A DNA stretch of 64,000 nt, from contig CAWJGT010000003.1 in NCBI GenBank assembly GCA_963842525.1, positions 1,056,001 through 1,120,000 of the forward strand. Reading direction: 5' to 3'. Each line of letters opens with the position of its first letter. The first letter of the stretch is position 1. Source of the stretch: an uncultured Holophagales bacterium (GTDB lineage Bacteria > Acidobacteriota > Thermoanaerobaculia > Multivoradales > UBA5704). This document shows, piece by piece, positions 61,061 to 64,000 of the stretch. The notes under the pieces were generated by a model. It did not search any database. It worked only from the letters and a program-made list of their open reading frames with translations, and was not told the origin of the DNA. The position numbers and the translations under genes were made by a program.

Positions 61061-61530
61061 GGGAGCGCAGGCGTACCGTCCCAAGTTGTCCCGTCTTGCG
61101 CCTCAATCGACAGCCGGGGGCGGCCGGCATCTTGATGCTTCTCGTCTTGGGCACCGAGGCCGAGCATCGCTCCGCCGCGTGTGCCGACACGAGCCTGATC
61201 ACGCCATATCGCGGCGTAGAACACGCCGGAGATCACCCGCCCAAGCGCACCGATCTTGCGGAGAGAAATGGGGATAGGTCTGCTCTTGCGTGCGGACGTT
61301 CGGAACCTTATCTGGTCGCCAGAGACGTCCAAGCGCGATCCGGTGTGCCTTATCGTCCTCCGCAGGTCGCGTTGACTCCTGCCGGAGCGAGGGGGTATGC
61401 TGCCTAAGTTGAGGAACGAGAAGGCGTTGAAGGAAAGGCGCGAAGAAAGGCGCTCCGTCTTCTACGGCGCGTAGAAGCCCTAGAGAGGATCGCTGAGTAA
61501 GGCGTTAGCTGGCGAGACTGAGCACGAATT

Positions 61531-62592
61531 ATGAAAGATCAGTACGATATCTTCATCAGCTACTCTCAGAAGGACGGCGAGATTGCTGCCAGTCTTGCGT
61601 CGCGATTGGATGACGCTGGACTTAGATGCTTCTTAGCTGACAAAAGCATACTTGCCGCCTCAGAGTGGGATACAGTCCTACGCAATGCCATACGCAACGC
61701 GGATCGCATCCTGGTGTTGTTAACCCCCAGGGCAAAGGACAGTCTGTGGGTAGCCGCTGAAATCGGTGCTGCTTGGGTTCTTGGAAAAGCCCTGATCCCA
61801 GCGCTCATGTTCGTTGAACCGCAAGATTTGCTTGAGCCTCTTCGGAAGTATCAGACCCGCACAGTTGAGACTCCTCAACAAATCGAGGTGCTCGTTCGAG
61901 AGATAAAGGAATCGTCAGTCAAGAAGTTTGGCCATGAATTGGAGGCTGCTTTCTCAAGCAGCCAGCATACGCTCCAAGACTCTGATGCCCAAGAGAGCTT
62001 TACTACACCGGACGGCTGGAACCAGTTGCTGAAGGTAGGGACCTGGGAATTTGATGCTGATACTGGTGAGTTTGTCGGAGAGGGAATGTATAGATACGTT
62101 CTGTCTCATCACACGTACGGGCATGGCCCTTTCACTCTTGACTGTCGTTTGACGTTCCTGAAGCTAATGCCGGAGAACTCGCTCGACGCCGTGAATGCCG
62201 GTATAGTTTTGGGATGGACAACTCCCAAGGTTGCGCGACAATATTTTCATTTGGCTTTTTCAGGAAAGCAGCTGTTCTTCGAGCGAATCGGATTTCGGGG
62301 ACAAAATGAGTATCTAGACTTTGAGCACCTGAGCCATGAGGTACCATTTTATCTCGAAACAAACCGACCTTACGACCTGTCCGTCCGGGTGCAGGCCAGC
62401 AAGCTTGAGATGTTTTGTGATGGCCGCAAGATTTTCGACACAGCCATCGAACCCAACTCGTTGGTTGGGAGAGTTGGCCTTAGGCCTTGGCGAAGTATGC
62501 TTAGTTGTCAGTGTTTCGAGGTGCGAACCGGAGGAACGACCATCGCGCCAGCTAACCCAGCTGCTCAACCGGACAGCTACGCTGCCGGTTAG
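61531..62592 (+). CDS. TIR-domain protein with C-terminal beta-sandwich (cassette 1)
   Basis: YDIFISYS and SLWVAAEIG with the catalytic Glu; GRVGLR in the C-terminal domain. Confidence 0.88.
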   Translation: MKDQYDIFISYSQKDGEIAASLASRLDDAGLRCFLADKSILAASEWDTVLRNAIRNADRILVLLTPRAKDSLWVAAEIGAAWVLGKALIPALMFVEPQDLLEPLRKYQTRTVETPQQIEVLVREIKESSVKKFGHELEAAFSSSQHTLQDSDAQESFTTPDGWNQLLKVGTWEFDADTGEFVGEGMYRYVLSHHTYGHGPFTLDCRLTFLKLMPENSLDAVNAGIVLGWTTPKVARQYFHLAFSGKQLFFERIGFRGQNEYLDFEHLSHEVPFYLETNRPYDLSVRVQASKLEMFCDGRKIFDTAIEPNSLVGRVGLRPWRSMLSCQCFEVRTGGTTIAPANPAAQPDSYAAG

Positions 62593-62610
62593 CAGCAACA
62601 GCTTTGGCCG
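62550..62610 (+). other. attC site 1
   Basis: AGCTAAC...CTGCTCAACCGG-ACAGCTACGCTG-CCGGTTAGCAG...; the crossover G of R' appears replaced by T. Confidence 0.75.
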
Positions 62611-62624
62611 TAAACTTGATTGAC

Positions 62625-63056
62625 ATGAAGCTGCTACAACAATCCCGATTGCTCTTTACGCTGGTGCTGTCTCTTGGAGGTGTGCTTCAGGGTTGCGCGG
62701 AGAGTCTTGAGAACATTCGTCCGACCTCCCCTGAGGCTCCCACTGTCCAGTTGAAGTGCGGAGTTATGCCCGATTCAGCTGTAACGCGGGATCAAGCTTT
62801 CTGCATTGCTAAGCTCACTGGCCTTCAGCGAGGGATCCGAAGGTGGGCATTTCGGGAGTATCCCGGTTATATCGATGTCTACAATACGATGTCGAGTGGC
62901 CCTCCGGCGCGAGGGTTAAATATCCGCATTGCGACCCCCGGAGGCCAAGTAATCAGCTTCGAACCATGGGAAGAGATTCAACTGGATGCCGCGGCGCGGC
63001 CAACCTGGCGGCTTGAGCGGACGGCCAAGGCCACTGCTCAGCCGCAGCAGCGTTAG
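62625..63056 (+). CDS. Putative lipoprotein (cassette 2)
   Basis: Lipobox LQGC after a hydrophobic stretch. Confidence 0.65.
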   Translation: MKLLQQSRLLFTLVLSLGGVLQGCAESLENIRPTSPEAPTVQLKCGVMPDSAVTRDQAFCIAKLTGLQRGIRRWAFREYPGYIDVYNTMSSGPPARGLNIRIATPGGQVISFEPWEEIQLDAAARPTWRLERTAKATAQPQQR

Positions 63057-63058
63057 GC
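62998..63058 (+). other. attC site 2
   Basis: GGCCAAC...GCGGCTTGAGCGG...CTGCTCAGCCGC...GTTAGGC. Confidence 0.8.
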
Positions 63059-63074
63059 GGCCGAAAGACCATTC

Positions 63075-63563
63075 GTGACTACCCCACTATTGACCAGATC
63101 CAGATCCAGACCGCTCATGCTCGGCGCCTTCTTCGCCGGTATCGGGCTAGCTGGCCTCGCGGTCGCCATGCTCAACTCCCAATGGCGCCTGCTCGGGATC
63201 GCAGTGGCCGTCATTTCCTTCTTTGCTGCTGCGTCTGTGTTCAGCAATGCCGCCCGAATCGCTCGTCAATTGCCAACTCTGGTCGGCAAGTCAGTTCGGA
63301 TTGAGGCTTGGGGCAAGCCTCTAGAGCCACACAACACATACAAAGTGCAGTCCGTGCGCGTCATCGGCGCTGGTCTTCACATCTACCTGTGCTCTTCAGC
63401 CGCTAAGTCGCCGCGCGACCTCAAGATCGCACAACCCAGCGGTGCCCGGTTGACCGACACCCAGCTCACAATCGACACTGCTACCTACATCAGTCTTGCG
63501 GGCACCAAACTTGGGCGCACTGACAATCTGCCGGCGCTGCGCGTGTCGTGGCCGGCCGCCTAA
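63075..63563 (+). CDS. Two-TM membrane protein (cassette 3)
   Basis: Two hydrophobic helices; the TAA stop lies inside R'' GCCTAAC. Confidence 0.7.
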   Translation: MTTPLLTRSRSRPLMLGAFFAGIGLAGLAVAMLNSQWRLLGIAVAVISFFAAASVFSNAARIARQLPTLVGKSVRIEAWGKPLEPHNTYKVQSVRVIGAGLHIYLCSSAAKSPRDLKIAQPSGARLTDTQLTIDTATYISLAGTKLGRTDNLPALRVSWPAA

Positions 63564-63630
63564 CGACCCCTCGTTGCAGCGGACGCTACCCGGGTGACCC
63601 AGCGAGCGCTCTCGCGTCTGGCGCCGAAAA
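63558..63630 (+). other. attC site 3, degenerate (no R' found)
   Basis: GCCTAAC...GTTGCAGCGGACGC start, no downstream GTTRRRY. Confidence 0.55.
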
Positions 63631-63768
63631 GCAGCCTGGGAAGCGCATCCTGGGACACCTCCGTCCTCGGCAAAGGACGGCTCCCCCTCGGCTGTGTGCG
63701 CCAGCCACAGGGTGGCGAAGGGCTGGCACGGATCGTGGAGTGCCGGTCGGCAAGGAGGTCTGTACGCG

Positions 63769-64000
63769 ATGCGCAAGTTGTTCCTGACCGCGATCCTCGC
63801 CGGTAGCACCCTGCTGTCTCCAGCCCTCACTCCCCCAGCCCAGGCCAGCCCCGAATGGTTCTCGATCGGCACCGCCTTCCGGGTCGGCGCAGCCCACATC
63901 TCCTTCGTCTTCGGGCGACCCTTCTACGGGTACCAACCCGCTTACTACTACCGCTATGACGAGCCGATCCACTACCGCGGTCATCGATGCAGCAGCCACT
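63769..64000 (+). CDS. Secreted Tyr-rich protein, truncated by window end
   Basis: RBS AAGGAGG; MRKLFLTAILAGSTLLSPALTPPAQA signal peptide. Confidence 0.7.
   Translation, partial: MRKLFLTAILAGSTLLSPALTPPAQASPEWFSIGTAFRVGAAHISFVFGRPFYGYQPAYYYRYDEPIHYRGHRCSSH

Larger units (their letters stand above)
61490..63640 (+). mobile_element. Integron gene-cassette array (3 cassettes, no integrase in window)
   Basis: Cassette ends are complementary: GTTAGCTGGCG (61504)/CGCCAGCTAAC (62546); TTGGCCG (62604)/CGGCCAAC (62997); GTTAGGCGGCCG (63052)/CGGCCGCCTAAC (63553); palindromic attC bodies; lower GC. Confidence 0.85.

Overview
High-GC bacterial chromosome segment. The gene families (VWFA-related proteins, the FxTLTPCRLxDTR C-terminal domain, GVATGV-type sigma-54 activator) suggest Acidobacteriota, probably Thermoanaerobaculia; this is inference. 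Housekeeping genes (mqnD, HAD phosphatase, smpB, fadL-like, uvrA, rsbW/V/U-like, iaaA, two pcm) are mixed with many toxin-antitoxin modules and relics. About 15 single-base indels break otherwise intact genes, including uvrA, and look like sequencing errors. Main points: (1) a ~9.6 kb island at 43.98-53.62 kb between two remnants of an MFS gene, holding two convergent operons that share the same ECF-like promoter motif. One operon is CHAT protease + SPFH-like protein + STAND-like NTPase, with matching amyloid-like motifs at the protease C-terminus and the NTPase N-terminus. The other encodes a secreted caspase with TPR and DUF4384 partners. (2) An EGLN/PHD-like prolyl hydroxylase fused to a glycosyltransferase. 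(3) A PspA (ESCRT-III) + AAA ATPase operon. (4) A deaminase toxin with an effector-like leader. (5) A three-cassette integron array with no integrase in the window, including a TIR gene. (6) A 62-bp palindromic satellite with 124-bp higher-order structure. (7) A duplicated candidate structured RNA. All family names come from motif recognition, not database searches.
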